A DNA stretch of 64,000 nucleotides, from the NCBI GenBank assembly GCA_002083485.1, contig LWDK01000044.1, forward strand, positions 12,613 to 76,612, given 5' to 3'. The translations under genes were made by a program, and so were the position numbers. The notes beneath the pieces were generated by a model, which did no database searches, had not been told where the DNA came from, and was given only the letters and a program-made list of their open reading frames with translations. Within the stretch, counting starts at the first letter, position 1. Each line of letters starts with the position of its first letter. Below, piece after piece: positions 9,213 to 18,825 of this stretch. The DNA comes from Proteobacteria bacterium SG_bin7. GTDB taxonomy: Bacteria > Bdellovibrionota > Bdellovibrionia > Bdellovibrionales > SG-bin7.

Positions 9213-10841
9213 TTAGTTAGTGCTCTTAAATAAAAACGGATACGAAACAAGCACGGTTGTTCCCCCTTTTGGAGTTGGAAACACCCAGCTTGCAACACGC
9301 TTCAGAATACATCCTTCGACTACAGCGTCTTGTAAGGTTGAAGATCCAATCTTTGATTGGACGACAGAACCCGTCGCACCAATCGTAAACTGTACTTTTA
9401 TTTTCCCATATAAATCTGGTTTCGCGCTCAACTGGCGCTCATAGCAATAACGAATATGGCCAATTTGAGTACTAATGAATTGCGAAATCACTTCGCGATC
9501 CAAACCACCTTCGACATCAGTTTCTTCATCAATCGTGGCGACATTTCCGGTACCAACACTACCCGGAGTCAAAGCGCCGTAAGTTCTATAGGAACTTGCG
9601 CCACCAGCACCGACTGTACCAACACCACCGATTTTATGTGTGCCGCCACCACCAGTACCCGTTCCCGTACCTACACCAACAGCACCAAGTCCAGTACCCT
9701 TACCAACATTAGCGAGACCAGCGACAGCAACTGCACCTGCAGGAATTCCACCAGTTACGTTATTATTATCAGTATTGTTTACCCGCACCAACGTGCCAGA
9801 CGTTGTTCGCTTTGATAGTCTTCCTATTAAACCGCCGAGATTGGCTGCTTTGATAGACCGAATTGCCGCTTGTCCACCGCCAGCCGCCTTACCGTTACCA
9901 CCAGCAGGACCAAGTCCTGGAGCAAGATCATAACTTAGATTCTTCCCACTCGGATTTTTTGTCGGTGACAAAATGTCTACGGGTGAATTTGGGTTTGGGT
10001 TTGGACCCATCGGCTTACCACGATTTATAATAGACGCCCCGAGTTTCTCAGCTTTAGCTATTTTCTTCTTAACAACTTTCGCGTCATAAATCATTTGTGT
10101 GTAAGGATTTAACTCCTTGGGAATCTCAACAACTACTTCTTCTTTTTTGTCAGTACTGCCGTAAGGAATGGAGAGCGCTCCGATTAAAACCGCCATCGTC
10201 ACCATAGCACCGATTAAACTTCGACGAATATCTTCTGGAAAGAATTCTTTCCAGGTATCGGGTTTATAATTATTTCGGCGGGCCAAACCCACCAAGCGCT
10301 GTTGAATCGTCAAATTACCAAACTCGTGCCAAACCCACTGTTTTGTTTTGGGTGCTGGCAATGACTCTCTTTTTATTCCATAACCAAAGTCATAGTTTGC
10401 ATTCGCTGGTAAAAAAATTGTTTCTACCACATGACCTTTTTGGCGTACGACAACTTGATGGGCAAGTTCGTCAGACCTTGAACTGTTGATATCTCTTTCT
10501 TCCTTTTGGAAAAGCACTCGTCTTACTTCATGAGGACGCACATCAATCGTATGCCCGCAAATTTCAAATTTCATCGGGCCAGTGATTTTATGTTCCACAA
10601 TATCGGTTTTTTTCTGTTCGCTATCCATTGAGCCCTTAATCGAACCAACATCACTGACATACCAAGCATCCTCACGAAAATCGATAATGGCATGAATACC
10701 CATGACATTGTCGCCCAACAAACGAAAATCAGCGTCACGCGACGATCCCACCGTAAAATAGCGATTACCCGGACGCAGATGGCGTTGCTTTAAAAATTTA
10801 TTTTGGTGTCTATGTTCGACCTTTAATTGTACGCTCTTCAT
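9213..10841 (-). CDS. FHA domain / single-TM / Gly-rich linker / AgmX-PglI (TonB-C-like) C-terminal domain protein (GltG/PglI-like)
   Basis: FHA-like N-terminus GSSRDADFRLLGDNVMGIHAIIDFREDAWYVSDVGSIKG. TM segment LIGAMVTMAVLIGALSI. G/T/V low-complexity linker. C-terminus IRYCYERQLSAKPDLYGKIKVQFTIGATGSV...VSYPFLFK is typical of the AgmX/PglI tail. Confidence 0.7.
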   Translation of the reverse strand: MKSVQLKVEHRHQNKFLKQRHLRPGNRYFTVGSSRDADFRLLGDNVMGIHAIIDFREDAWYVSDVGSIKGSMDSEQKKTDIVEHKITGPMKFEICGHTIDVRPHEVRRVLFQKEERDINSSRSDELAHQVVVRQKGHVVETIFLPANANYDFGYGIKRESLPAPKTKQWVWHEFGNLTIQQRLVGLARRNNYKPDTWKEFFPEDIRRSLIGAMVTMAVLIGALSIPYGSTDKKEEVVVEIPKELNPYTQMIYDAKVVKKKIAKAEKLGASIINRGKPMGPNPNPNSPVDILSPTKNPSGKNLSYDLAPGLGPAGGNGKAAGGGQAAIRSIKAANLGGLIGRLSKRTTSGTLVRVNNTDNNNVTGGIPAGAVAVAGLANVGKGTGLGAVGVGTGTGTGGGGTHKIGGVGTVGAGGASSYRTYGALTPGSVGTGNVATIDEETDVEGGLDREVISQFISTQIGHIRYCYERQLSAKPDLYGKIKVQFTIGATGSVVQSKIGSSTLQDAVVEGCILKRVASWVFPTPKGGTTVLVSYPFLFKSTN

Positions 10842-10856
10842 ATTGTCCTCAATGCC

Positions 10857-11099
10857 TCAATGGATATATTCCAACGACTCTTTGACGCCATCGTTAAGTT
10901 TCTTTTTTACTTTATACATGGGCGCAAACTCCATTCCACGCTTCTGCACTAAATATGATCCATCAGGACTTCTTACTTTACCATTTACGTCCGTATCGCC
11001 AAAATCCACTCGCTGTACTTTTCCAGTTTTAGTCCCTTCTGCACTTACAGTTGCTGACATAAAACTAATGATGATGAAAGACAAAATTAGGAATCTCAT
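10857..11099 (-). CDS. Small exported protein (GltF-like position)
   Basis: 80 aa with a signal peptide (...SATVSA|EG). Its start overlaps the stop of the upstream TPR gene by 4 nt (translational coupling). Confidence 0.5.
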   Translation of the reverse strand: MRFLILSFIIISFMSATVSAEGTKTGKVQRVDFGDTDVNGKVRSPDGSYLVQKRGMEFAPMYKVKKKLNDGVKESLEYIH

Positions 11100-11983
11100 C
11101 TTTTACCTCCCGCGACTTTACGAGTTGTTTTGATTAATTTCTCTAACTCCTGAATTCGCTTCTGAAGCTGGTTTTTGTTATCTGAGTTTATTAATAAATT
11201 TTGATACTCTAAAAGAGCTTCCTCGTAGCGCTGAAAGACAGTTTCAAGCACGACAGCCCTTTCGTAACGAGCCTCAAAGTCTTTTTTATCTTTTGCAACA
11301 ACTCTGTCAAAAAAATCCAGCGCAAGTTTTGGGTCACCATTGACGACCATACATCGAGCTGCCCCCAGTAGTGCATCTCGGTGGAATGGAACGAATTTCA
11401 AAACATTGCGAAAACTTCTTTCTGCTGCCACGTAATTTCCTGAGCGTAAGCGAATTTGAGCGATGAATAGATCTGCTTCGTACAGACCAGAATCAAGCTT
11501 CAAAGCTTTTTCAAATTCAGCCATCGCCATATCCGTTTCGTTGTTCTTTAAGTAGATTCGCCCGCGCTGGTAGGGAAAAAGAGCTAAGCTTTTGTCTTTT
11601 TCACTTGCCTGCTCGAGCATCCAAAACGACCGCGTCACATCACCACGCGCATCCGCGCTCAAACTCATAAAGTAAAATCCCCATGGGGCCGTCGGAAAGC
11701 TATCCGCCAGGTGCTGACCAATGAACTCAACGCTACTCCACTTTTCTTTCGCCGCACAAGCCGCTCCCAACTCTAAGTGTTCGCGCCAAGTTCTGTTTTC
11801 GACTTCTTTAACATTCAACGGGCACTTTTTATTCGATTCGCGGGCCAACTGTGCGGCCGATATATTGATTGCTTCTACGGTGAAGCTTTTGCCAGCAAGC
11901 TGCGGGTCTTTACTCATAAGCTGCGGATTAGTGACGCAGCCAACTCCCAATAAAGCAATGAAACTCACCCTTAATGTCTTCAT
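11096..11983 (-). CDS. TPR-repeat lipoprotein (GltE/AglT-like)
   Basis: Signal plus lipobox LLGVGC. TPR-like repeats (YQRGRIYLKNNETDMAMAEFEKALKLD..., AQIRLRSGNYVAAERSFRNVLKF). 4-nt overlap with the upstream gene. Confidence 0.6.
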   Translation of the reverse strand: MKTLRVSFIALLGVGCVTNPQLMSKDPQLAGKSFTVEAINISAAQLARESNKKCPLNVKEVENRTWREHLELGAACAAKEKWSSVEFIGQHLADSFPTAPWGFYFMSLSADARGDVTRSFWMLEQASEKDKSLALFPYQRGRIYLKNNETDMAMAEFEKALKLDSGLYEADLFIAQIRLRSGNYVAAERSFRNVLKFVPFHRDALLGAARCMVVNGDPKLALDFFDRVVAKDKKDFEARYERAVVLETVFQRYEEALLEYQNLLINSDNKNQLQKRIQELEKLIKTTRKVAGGKR

Positions 11984-14937
11984 GTGCTCACCTCACGCAA
12001 TTTCGGTAGCACTAAACTGGGTGGAGTTACTCGGATATTAAATTGAGGAACGGTTGAATTTTGAGCGCGATTTAAAGCTTGACGCAATTCTTCAGCAGTA
12101 TTGTCACTTAATCCTGCCTTAGCAGCCTGACTTACGCCAGAACTTAAAGTACCAAGCCCCTTATCTTCAATTGGAGAAGCAAGCTCCTCGAGCTGGGCAC
12201 GAAAGGCTTTTTCGTCTTCTGCGCTTGTACCTTCAGGAGTCTCGATTCCGCGAACTGACTGAGCAAAGTGAAGATAACTTTCTCCTAAACGCTTTAGCGC
12301 CATTAAACCCACTTTTGTATGCCCCATCTTTATCACCGACTCATACGCGCTCTGAACTTTTTCTAAGCGTTGGGTTTTTAATTGAATCACCAAAGCCAAT
12401 CTCTCTGGTTTCGCTTTTAAACTTTGATTTTTAAATTCTTCCTCTAAAACAATACCCTGATAGTATCTCGCCATGGAACGTACGTAATTTAGATCTGCAC
12501 CGTTCATTCCTAAAATTCTTTTAGCAGTATCGAATGCTTTACCGTAATCTCTACGGTCCATTTCATCCTCTAACTGGGTCAAAGTGATTTGGCCTAATAA
12601 CGGTTGGATCCCATGACTTACTATTATACCCTGCACCTTTCTCAAATTGCCTTTTGCACCCATAGACTTTTCCATAACAAACCATCGGCCAACAACTTCA
12701 CCATCCACACCTTTACTGTTTTTTACATGCTTTTCGTATAGCCTTCGCGCTGTATCTTTATTTTCTGAGATCGAGAAGAAATTTGCTGCCATCAACTCCC
12801 ATTTACGCCCTTCTTTTGGATCACGCTTCGCCACATCTAAAAGTACGGCGCCAGCCTCTTGAACACGACCTGTTTTTTCGAATGCTTGTGCAGACCGCAA
12901 GAGAACATCTTTGGCATTTTTGTCATCAGGATATTGGTTTACATATTGATGACCTTGAGCCGCTGCCTCGTAAAACTTTCCGGTTTTGTAGTACAACTCG
13001 ATCGCATTCCACCATGCACGACTTGCCAGCGGAGACTTCATATTTTGCTTGGTGAAGACTAAATACTCCGCAATTGCTTTCTCCAAATTGCCCTTTTCTT
13101 CCATAACCTGAATCTCTGCAAAATAAGATTCATGGTAAATTTTTGTTAATTTCTCTTTTCTTTCTGAGTTGTTCTCCTTAGCTGCTAGGTTCTTAGAGTA
13201 CCCCTTCAGTTCGGTAAAAGACTTTTCTTTGTTGTAAATGTCCATTAGCAAATCTTGGGAACGGTTTGCTAACTCCACATTTTCTTTTTGTGTTCCAATC
13301 TCGCTAAACATTTTTTTGGCTTCGACAAAATTATTCTGAGTAAAGGAGATAAATCCAATTTTATATTTAGTATCAATAACGAATTTGCCTTTGGGACTTC
13401 CCCGAAAATATACGCCCGCTAAATTTTTAAATAGTTTTGTATCGACGTCATTCCAGGACTTATCCCCAACGGCTTTCTCAAGCGCCACAAGTGCCCCGTA
13501 GCCAGCATCGTGGCGCAGCTTTTCGTCCTTACTTTCGCTGTTGGCAACAAGCGCATAGTTTTCACTGGACTCACGAAATTTTTCGTTTTGAAAAAGTAAC
13601 TCGGCAAAGTTAAATCGCATCGGATTTAGACTGTCTGTTGATTTCGTGCCGTCAAGGTACAGTCTATAGGCCGCTTCTGCCGCAACTGACAATTCTTTAA
13701 ATTGTTGTTGCTTTCGCCACATGCGATGCCATTTTGTAGCAAGTCGCAGACTTGTTTCGTCAAAAATCCCACGACAGTCAAGATCCGCCGTAATTGTAAA
13801 CCCTTTTGAAATGTCTTCTAGTTTATTGTCTTTGTGTGCTTGTGACCATCTACTGTTGGGTCTACAAATTTCGTGAAAGTTCTGTAGCTCGCGAACGGCC
13901 AGCGTTCTATCCTTTAGAGTTTCGTAATTGTTTACCAACTCCATATATGCCGTAGCTAAATATACAGATTTTGGAGAATTATTTATGAGATCATGGAGAA
14001 CAACAGACAAATCTCGGTAACGACTATGCGCCTTGTAAAGCTCGGTCAGACGCAGTAGTACAGGAGCAACACCAAACGCTCCCGCAGGTTTTCTGAAATA
14101 TGAGTAAGCTTTTGCCGCGGGATATACATCTTCGAAGAACAAAGCCATATCTTCGAGAGCTTCTTTTCTTAAATCAAGTCGCGAGTCCTGCCCCTCACGC
14201 TGAGCTTTTTCACCGAATTCCACAAGTGTTTCAAGTTCGCTTAATCCCGCCTTTGCATCTCGCAAGTTATAGTGGGTCCATGCCGTTTTATATAGTCCGT
14301 AAGGATAAACGCGTGATTCAGGAAACTTTTTTATGTCATTAAAATACTTTAAGGCTTTCTCGAAGTTTCGCTCTTGAAAAAACATTTCCCCCACAGAAAG
14401 ATAGGCATCTGGAATGGCCCCAGACTCGGGGTATTCCATGATTAGTTTATTAAACAAGATTTTTGCTTTGCTGTGGTTATCAATACCTTGATTAGCAAAG
14501 CCATTATTAAATAAAACCATGTCCATTTGCTCGTAGCGCGGAAACTGACGACCTATATGATCGTAAATCTCAATGGCATTATGAACTGCCGCCTTCTCGG
14601 TTGCTTTTTTACCAAAGTTAGGAAGTATGTCCCTGATTTTATCATTTGACTTATTGAGCTCAAAAAAGCGATTTGACTTAGCCTGACGCATATACAATTC
14701 CGCTTTTCTAAACAAAAGATCGGCCTCCATCGAAGTGCCACGCTTTTGCTTTAAAAGCTTATCTAATTGAGCCATCGCCCGGGCCTCCGTGGCCTTGACT
14801 AACATTTCTGTTTTCAACGCACGGACATCCTGCGCATCATCGCCAGGATTACCTTTAAGCTCTTTCATAACGGAACTATCTTTAGCATTGGCTTTAGCAA
14901 ACCCGCAAAAAATAACTCCCAATAAAATCAGTTTCAC
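11980..14937 (-). CDS. Large periplasmic TPR-repeat protein (GltD/AgmU-like)
   Basis: 985 aa with signal peptide ...FAKANA|KD and helical TPR-like repeats throughout. It sits immediately after the two ExbD-like genes and before the GltE-like gene, as gltD does in M. xanthus G1. Confidence 0.6.
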   Translation of the reverse strand: MKLILLGVIFCGFAKANAKDSSVMKELKGNPGDDAQDVRALKTEMLVKATEARAMAQLDKLLKQKRGTSMEADLLFRKAELYMRQAKSNRFFELNKSNDKIRDILPNFGKKATEKAAVHNAIEIYDHIGRQFPRYEQMDMVLFNNGFANQGIDNHSKAKILFNKLIMEYPESGAIPDAYLSVGEMFFQERNFEKALKYFNDIKKFPESRVYPYGLYKTAWTHYNLRDAKAGLSELETLVEFGEKAQREGQDSRLDLRKEALEDMALFFEDVYPAAKAYSYFRKPAGAFGVAPVLLRLTELYKAHSRYRDLSVVLHDLINNSPKSVYLATAYMELVNNYETLKDRTLAVRELQNFHEICRPNSRWSQAHKDNKLEDISKGFTITADLDCRGIFDETSLRLATKWHRMWRKQQQFKELSVAAEAAYRLYLDGTKSTDSLNPMRFNFAELLFQNEKFRESSENYALVANSESKDEKLRHDAGYGALVALEKAVGDKSWNDVDTKLFKNLAGVYFRGSPKGKFVIDTKYKIGFISFTQNNFVEAKKMFSEIGTQKENVELANRSQDLLMDIYNKEKSFTELKGYSKNLAAKENNSERKEKLTKIYHESYFAEIQVMEEKGNLEKAIAEYLVFTKQNMKSPLASRAWWNAIELYYKTGKFYEAAAQGHQYVNQYPDDKNAKDVLLRSAQAFEKTGRVQEAGAVLLDVAKRDPKEGRKWELMAANFFSISENKDTARRLYEKHVKNSKGVDGEVVGRWFVMEKSMGAKGNLRKVQGIIVSHGIQPLLGQITLTQLEDEMDRRDYGKAFDTAKRILGMNGADLNYVRSMARYYQGIVLEEEFKNQSLKAKPERLALVIQLKTQRLEKVQSAYESVIKMGHTKVGLMALKRLGESYLHFAQSVRGIETPEGTSAEDEKAFRAQLEELASPIEDKGLGTLSSGVSQAAKAGLSDNTAEELRQALNRAQNSTVPQFNIRVTPPSLVLPKLREVST

Positions 14938-14939
14938 TT

Positions 14940-15449
14940 CTATTCTCCACTTAAACTAGCTAATTTCACATTCGCGAAGCCAGCCGAGGTCGCTGTGTAC
15001 ATGACTTGACGAATTACTTCGTAATTTAATCTCGCATCTGCAAGCACAACTACTTTACCGTCGAATTCAATTGTTTCGTTTACTTTTGCTATCTTTTTTG
15101 AGTTTTCAGCTTCCTTATCAAGCTCATCATATAGGGCAGGAATGAATAATTTATCTTTTGGGTCGAGCACACTAGCTGGCAGCCTTCCATTTTCAACGTC
15201 CGCGACCTTCTTATCGCCAACAAAAATTCCTTTTTTACTAACTGTCAGTTTCAACGCTTCAACGGGACTTCCGTTGGTTGTGCTGACTGGTAAATCTAAA
15301 CCCTCAATAGGAGTAATTTGTGTTGCGCTCATCGATTGCTGGTTCAATAAGAAGGCGAGAAGTATCGTCATCATATCGCACATCGAAGTTACTTGAACCA
15401 CAAACGTGCTTTTCTTGTTATACTTTCGCATCGTCTCTAAAATATTCAC
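14940..15449 (-). CDS. ExbD/TolR family biopolymer-transport protein (AglQ/AglS-like)
   Basis: Short cytoplasmic N-terminus, then VQVTSMCDMMTILLAFLL, the ExbD/TolR TM signature with conserved Asp, then a periplasmic domain. Abuts the next ExbD gene with no gap. Confidence 0.7.
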   Translation of the reverse strand: MNILETMRKYNKKSTFVVQVTSMCDMMTILLAFLLNQQSMSATQITPIEGLDLPVSTTNGSPVEALKLTVSKKGIFVGDKKVADVENGRLPASVLDPKDKLFIPALYDELDKEAENSKKIAKVNETIEFDGKVVVLADARLNYEVIRQVMYTATSAGFANVKLASLSGE

Positions 15450-15998
15450 TTAGCCCTCCAACACGTTTCCGAAAAAGATATCAACAAACAAATAAGGAGA
15501 TTCGACTTTCTCATTAGTTTTGGGATCCACCACATGAAGCTTTGGATCTCCTTCTTTGAGTTTTCGCGCACTATCCATAATTTTTATAATATTGTCGTAT
15601 GGAACATCATCCGTTGGCCGAAGTTCCAAGCGAAAAACCATCGGATTCGCAGTCTTAAACTCTACAAGCTCTTTATGAAGTGCCACATAATCAAAGTCAT
15701 TATTTACAAGGTTAATTACCTTCTTCGACAATTGACCATTATTAGTCACCTCTAAAATAAATCCTTGAGATTTGCTAACCTCTAACTTCACACTCGTTTT
15801 CGGCGTTTCATCTTTGCGTTCTTGCTGAACTGCCTCGTTAATAATTTGAGGAAGCTGAGTTTCGATGACTCCAATGCGAATAAACACCGCTGTTGCTAAA
15901 AATATAGGAACAAGCGCTACGACCACTGACAAGACGGGGGCCAAGTCGAGATCGAATGTTTCATCTTCATTTTTATAGAACGCAAAATCTTTCGCCAT
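15450..15998 (-). CDS. ExbD/TolR family biopolymer-transport protein (AglQ/AglS-like)
   Basis: DLDLAPVLSVVVALVPIFLATAVF TM segment plus a periplasmic domain. Lies 4 nt after the MotA/TolQ gene. Confidence 0.65.
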   Translation of the reverse strand: MAKDFAFYKNEDETFDLDLAPVLSVVVALVPIFLATAVFIRIGVIETQLPQIINEAVQQERKDETPKTSVKLEVSKSQGFILEVTNNGQLSKKVINLVNNDFDYVALHKELVEFKTANPMVFRLELRPTDDVPYDNIIKIMDSARKLKEGDPKLHVVDPKTNEKVESPYLFVDIFFGNVLEG

Positions 15999-16002
15999 AA
16001 AA

Positions 16003-16743
16003 TTAAACCGCCTTTAATTTTCCCGGGGGTGGAGGGGATTTCCGACCAGTTCCATTACCGCCACCATTTCCCTCTTCGTTCGGATACACAGAATTTACAT
16101 GAAAAGGCTGATAATGGCGCGTGGACAGCCAGTCTACGAGCTTCGATGAGTTCTCAATAATTTCTTCAAAATGCTTGTTCTGTCTTGCAAACAAAAATGA
16201 ATAAACAATCATTGCGGGAATCGCGATCATCAAACCAAACGCGGTCGTGTACATCGCCATCGAAATACCTTGAGTCAAAATTAATTGTTTTTGGGCTGGG
16301 TCAGCTTTGGCAACGGCCGCAAATGCCATGATTAGACCTTGAATAGTACCTAGTAGCCCAAGAAGAGTACAAACGTTCGCAATCATCGAGAGGTAACCCA
16401 AGCGTTTGCCAATGAGAGGCATTACCTCAGCAATAGCAATTTCCTGGCCCTTTTCTATAGACTCGTCATCGCGGTCTGATCTTTCTAAAATCTTTTTAAT
16501 AACCGCAACAAGGGGAATTTTTTCTTTTCCTGCACAATGAGTTACGGCTTCCTCTATTTTATCAGATTGTACAAGGCTGCGAATATTACTCATAAATTCA
16601 TTCGCATTTATCGCATAATTAAAATAAAGAGCTTTGACTCTGTCTGCGACGACAACAATCGCCATAAAGCCCATCACTACAATCAAGTACCCGGCAAAAC
16701 CGGCATCATGTATCGACTTTAAACCTTCTCTCAAATGTTCCAT
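16003..16743 (-). CDS. MotA/TolQ/ExbB proton-channel family protein (AglR-like)
   Basis: Three TM segments and the conserved GLLGTIQGLIMAFAAV motif. Gly/Pro-rich C-terminal tail. Confidence 0.85.
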   Translation of the reverse strand: MEHLREGLKSIHDAGFAGYLIVVMGFMAIVVVADRVKALYFNYAINANEFMSNIRSLVQSDKIEEAVTHCAGKEKIPLVAVIKKILERSDRDDESIEKGQEIAIAEVMPLIGKRLGYLSMIANVCTLLGLLGTIQGLIMAFAAVAKADPAQKQLILTQGISMAMYTTAFGLMIAIPAMIVYSFLFARQNKHFEEIIENSSKLVDWLSTRHYQPFHVNSVYPNEEGNGGGNGTGRKSPPPPGKLKAV

Positions 16744-16762
16744 ATTATTGACCCCCTTAATC

Positions 16763-17725
16763 CTACTTAGTTCCTATTGGTTGATAAAAAATATCTATTT
16801 TTACATCCGTGCGAGCTATCGCGTTTCCGTGTAATTGAATGCTGTTGTCGGCTGCGATGTAAGTCCAGCCATTAACCGGATCATTTGGAATTTTGTTACC
16901 GTTAATTAGAACCTCAATCGAAGAAACATCTGGTACGCGATCTAAATAAAAACGAGAAGCGGTGTCATAAATTCTCTTTTCAACGCCCGCCAAAGCTGCA
17001 CTAAAATCGCCCGTGCAAATTGTAGTTTTAGCACCACCAGAATTATCAACTAACTGCATGTAGCGATAACCTGGCTCAGTATAGTTTCCATATGTAGAAC
17101 AATTTTCTCCCGCGGCACCGGTTACACCAATCATATGAAAAACCCAATTTCTCTCGCCAATGGGAGTGCGTGGTTTAATTGTGTCCAGAAAACTAATGTA
17201 GTCGCTGGGATTACCCGGACTGCCGTCATCTTCGTTCGTTACAACAATAACCACCAACAATGCATCACTACGAAAAAAACCAGTATTTGTTGAACTACGC
17301 AACTCAAGTGCTCGCTTCATCCCACCTAAACCTTGTTCTAAGTCATAGGCCGCTTCGGCAACGGTGATTTTTTGATTAAATGCAGCAGCTATGTTAGGAG
17401 TCGATTTGGTAAGTACCGCAGGGCTTCCGATAAATTTTCCCTCAGTTCCTCCAGAGCGCATATCAACTGTCGTGGCGGCGATTCTAAAATCAAGGTTACG
17501 AGATAAAAGTCCGTTCAAGAAGGCACCTGATTTTTGTGCGAGCACAGTCTGGTGCTGGGCCATACTTGGTGTGTTGTCGATGACCCAAAGAATGTCGACT
17601 TTATTGTTCCATGTGATACTCGATGAATGACTTTCACTGGCCGGTGCCAACAAGAATGCTTGTTGTTCGCACGCGCTCAAGAAAACCGCCGCGATCACAA
17701 AAAATATTCTTGCCATTTTTAACAC
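16763..17725 (-). CDS. von Willebrand factor A domain lipoprotein
   Basis: GTG start preceded by AGGAG. Lipobox FLSAC. vWA core DILWVIDNTPSM (MIDAS-like DxTxS) and LLVVIVVTNEDD. Confidence 0.65.
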   Translation of the reverse strand: MLKMARIFFVIAAVFLSACEQQAFLLAPASESHSSSITWNNKVDILWVIDNTPSMAQHQTVLAQKSGAFLNGLLSRNLDFRIAATTVDMRSGGTEGKFIGSPAVLTKSTPNIAAAFNQKITVAEAAYDLEQGLGGMKRALELRSSTNTGFFRSDALLVVIVVTNEDDGSPGNPSDYISFLDTIKPRTPIGERNWVFHMIGVTGAAGENCSTYGNYTEPGYRYMQLVDNSGGAKTTICTGDFSAALAGVEKRIYDTASRFYLDRVPDVSSIEVLINGNKIPNDPVNGWTYIAADNSIQLHGNAIARTDVKIDIFYQPIGTK

Positions 17726-17849
17726 GCGTACACTCCTAAGTTAGTTAATAACTCATTGCTCGGAGCGTACATTCACAGGTTAGAGCAAACGGGAACCAAA
17801 CCAATTATAATTTTAAATACAATAGCCTACTTCTTTACTTCCTTTGTCT

Positions 17850-18653
17850 TTATGCGGCCTTCTTGGCGTACTCCGCAAATTCAGTGACAAAGCCTTTTGC
17901 TTTTTCACCAATATTCGTAAATTTCACACCATAGTGAATAGATTGTTCTTTATGTTTAATGCCCTTTAGGAAACGTTTCGATACAACTTCACAAACAGCA
18001 TTAAACGGCGGAACACCATCACCGGGCTTAAAATGTAAAAATAGAGTCTGACCAGGGATGATCATTGAATTCTCAATAACGAGACCTGCACCGCCAGCGC
18101 TTATTTCTATACTCTGACCCTTCCAAACTTGTTTATTGTCGTGAACGATAATTGACCCATCAAATTTTGCACGCTTATGGCGACGACGAAAAAAGAGCTC
18201 GCTGACGCCTTTTTCTCCTGAATTTTTGAGATCACGAATTTTATCGGCCTTAAACTCGTCGACTTCGGCAACCCGTTGCCAGGTGGCCATTCCACTTCGC
18301 CACACGTATTCATATTCAAAAAGGGATTTTTCCTGAAGCATTTTAACAACATCAGTAAATGAAAATGGACCATAGCGGTTTTCGCCTTTGAGCGTATACC
18401 ATTCCTGTTCGCTATTTTCGGCAACGGGGGAGGTAATCTCTGATTTCATAGGTTTAGCAATTTTGGGAGTTGAATGTTTGGCTGTCTCACTTAAAGGTTC
18501 AAAGTCGACCACAGAAACCCAATCAGATTTTGACTCTAAGTAGATAAAATCGCTCGGCGCCATTTCGCCACCCCTTAATTTCCCCTCGACCTCTTTAACG
18601 CTAAAAGGCCCCTGCTGCTGACCATTTATATAGACATAGAACTGTGTTTGCAT
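17850..18653 (-). CDS. Tandem GYF_2 domains + C-terminal PilZ domain protein (putative c-di-GMP receptor)
   Basis: Two GYF_2-like repeats (FYVYINGQQQGPFSVKEV...SDWVSVVDF and EWYTLKGENRYGPFSFTDV...GMATWQRVAEVDEF). PilZ motifs RRRHKR (RxxxR) and EISAGGAG ((D/N)xSxxG-like). Confidence 0.7.
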   Translation of the reverse strand: MQTQFYVYINGQQQGPFSVKEVEGKLRGGEMAPSDFIYLESKSDWVSVVDFEPLSETAKHSTPKIAKPMKSEITSPVAENSEQEWYTLKGENRYGPFSFTDVVKMLQEKSLFEYEYVWRSGMATWQRVAEVDEFKADKIRDLKNSGEKGVSELFFRRRHKRAKFDGSIIVHDNKQVWKGQSIEISAGGAGLVIENSMIIPGQTLFLHFKPGDGVPPFNAVCEVVSKRFLKGIKHKEQSIHYGVKFTNIGEKAKGFVTEFAEYAKKAA

Positions 18654-18825
18654 AAACCTATCCCCTTTGTCTCTCTCTCTGGACTATCGGGAGGTCGAGG
18701 CACAGACTTTAGTAAATAAATCTAGACAAACCTTGTGAATCTTTGAAGTTTTGTGGAACTAATTGACGTTTTCTCAATTTGAAATAGTTACATGGTATAT
18801 TAAATCTCATTATAGTACGAAGAGT

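Noticed and set aside
9456-9933. Plus-strand ORFs of 119 and 97 aa (one starts MPPPPVPVPVPTPTAP)
   Set aside because: They are antisense to the Gly/Thr/Val low-complexity linker of the GltG-like gene. The Pro-rich translation is just the reverse-complement reading of GGN/ACN/GTN codons, and neither ORF has an SD.
17785-17799. Sigma-54-like element TTGGTTcccgtTTGCT (minus strand) upstream of the motor operon
   Set aside because: The GG-to-GC spacing is one nucleotide short of consensus, and the -24 element reads TGGTT rather than TGGCA. A TATAAT (minus strand, 17809-17804) nearby is a simpler promoter candidate.
18670-18680. T(CT)5 dinucleotide repeat just upstream of the PilZ gene start, considered as a phase-variation tract
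   Set aside because: It has only five units. On the coding strand it is simply part of a purine-rich SD-like region, and slippage cannot be assessed from a single sequence.
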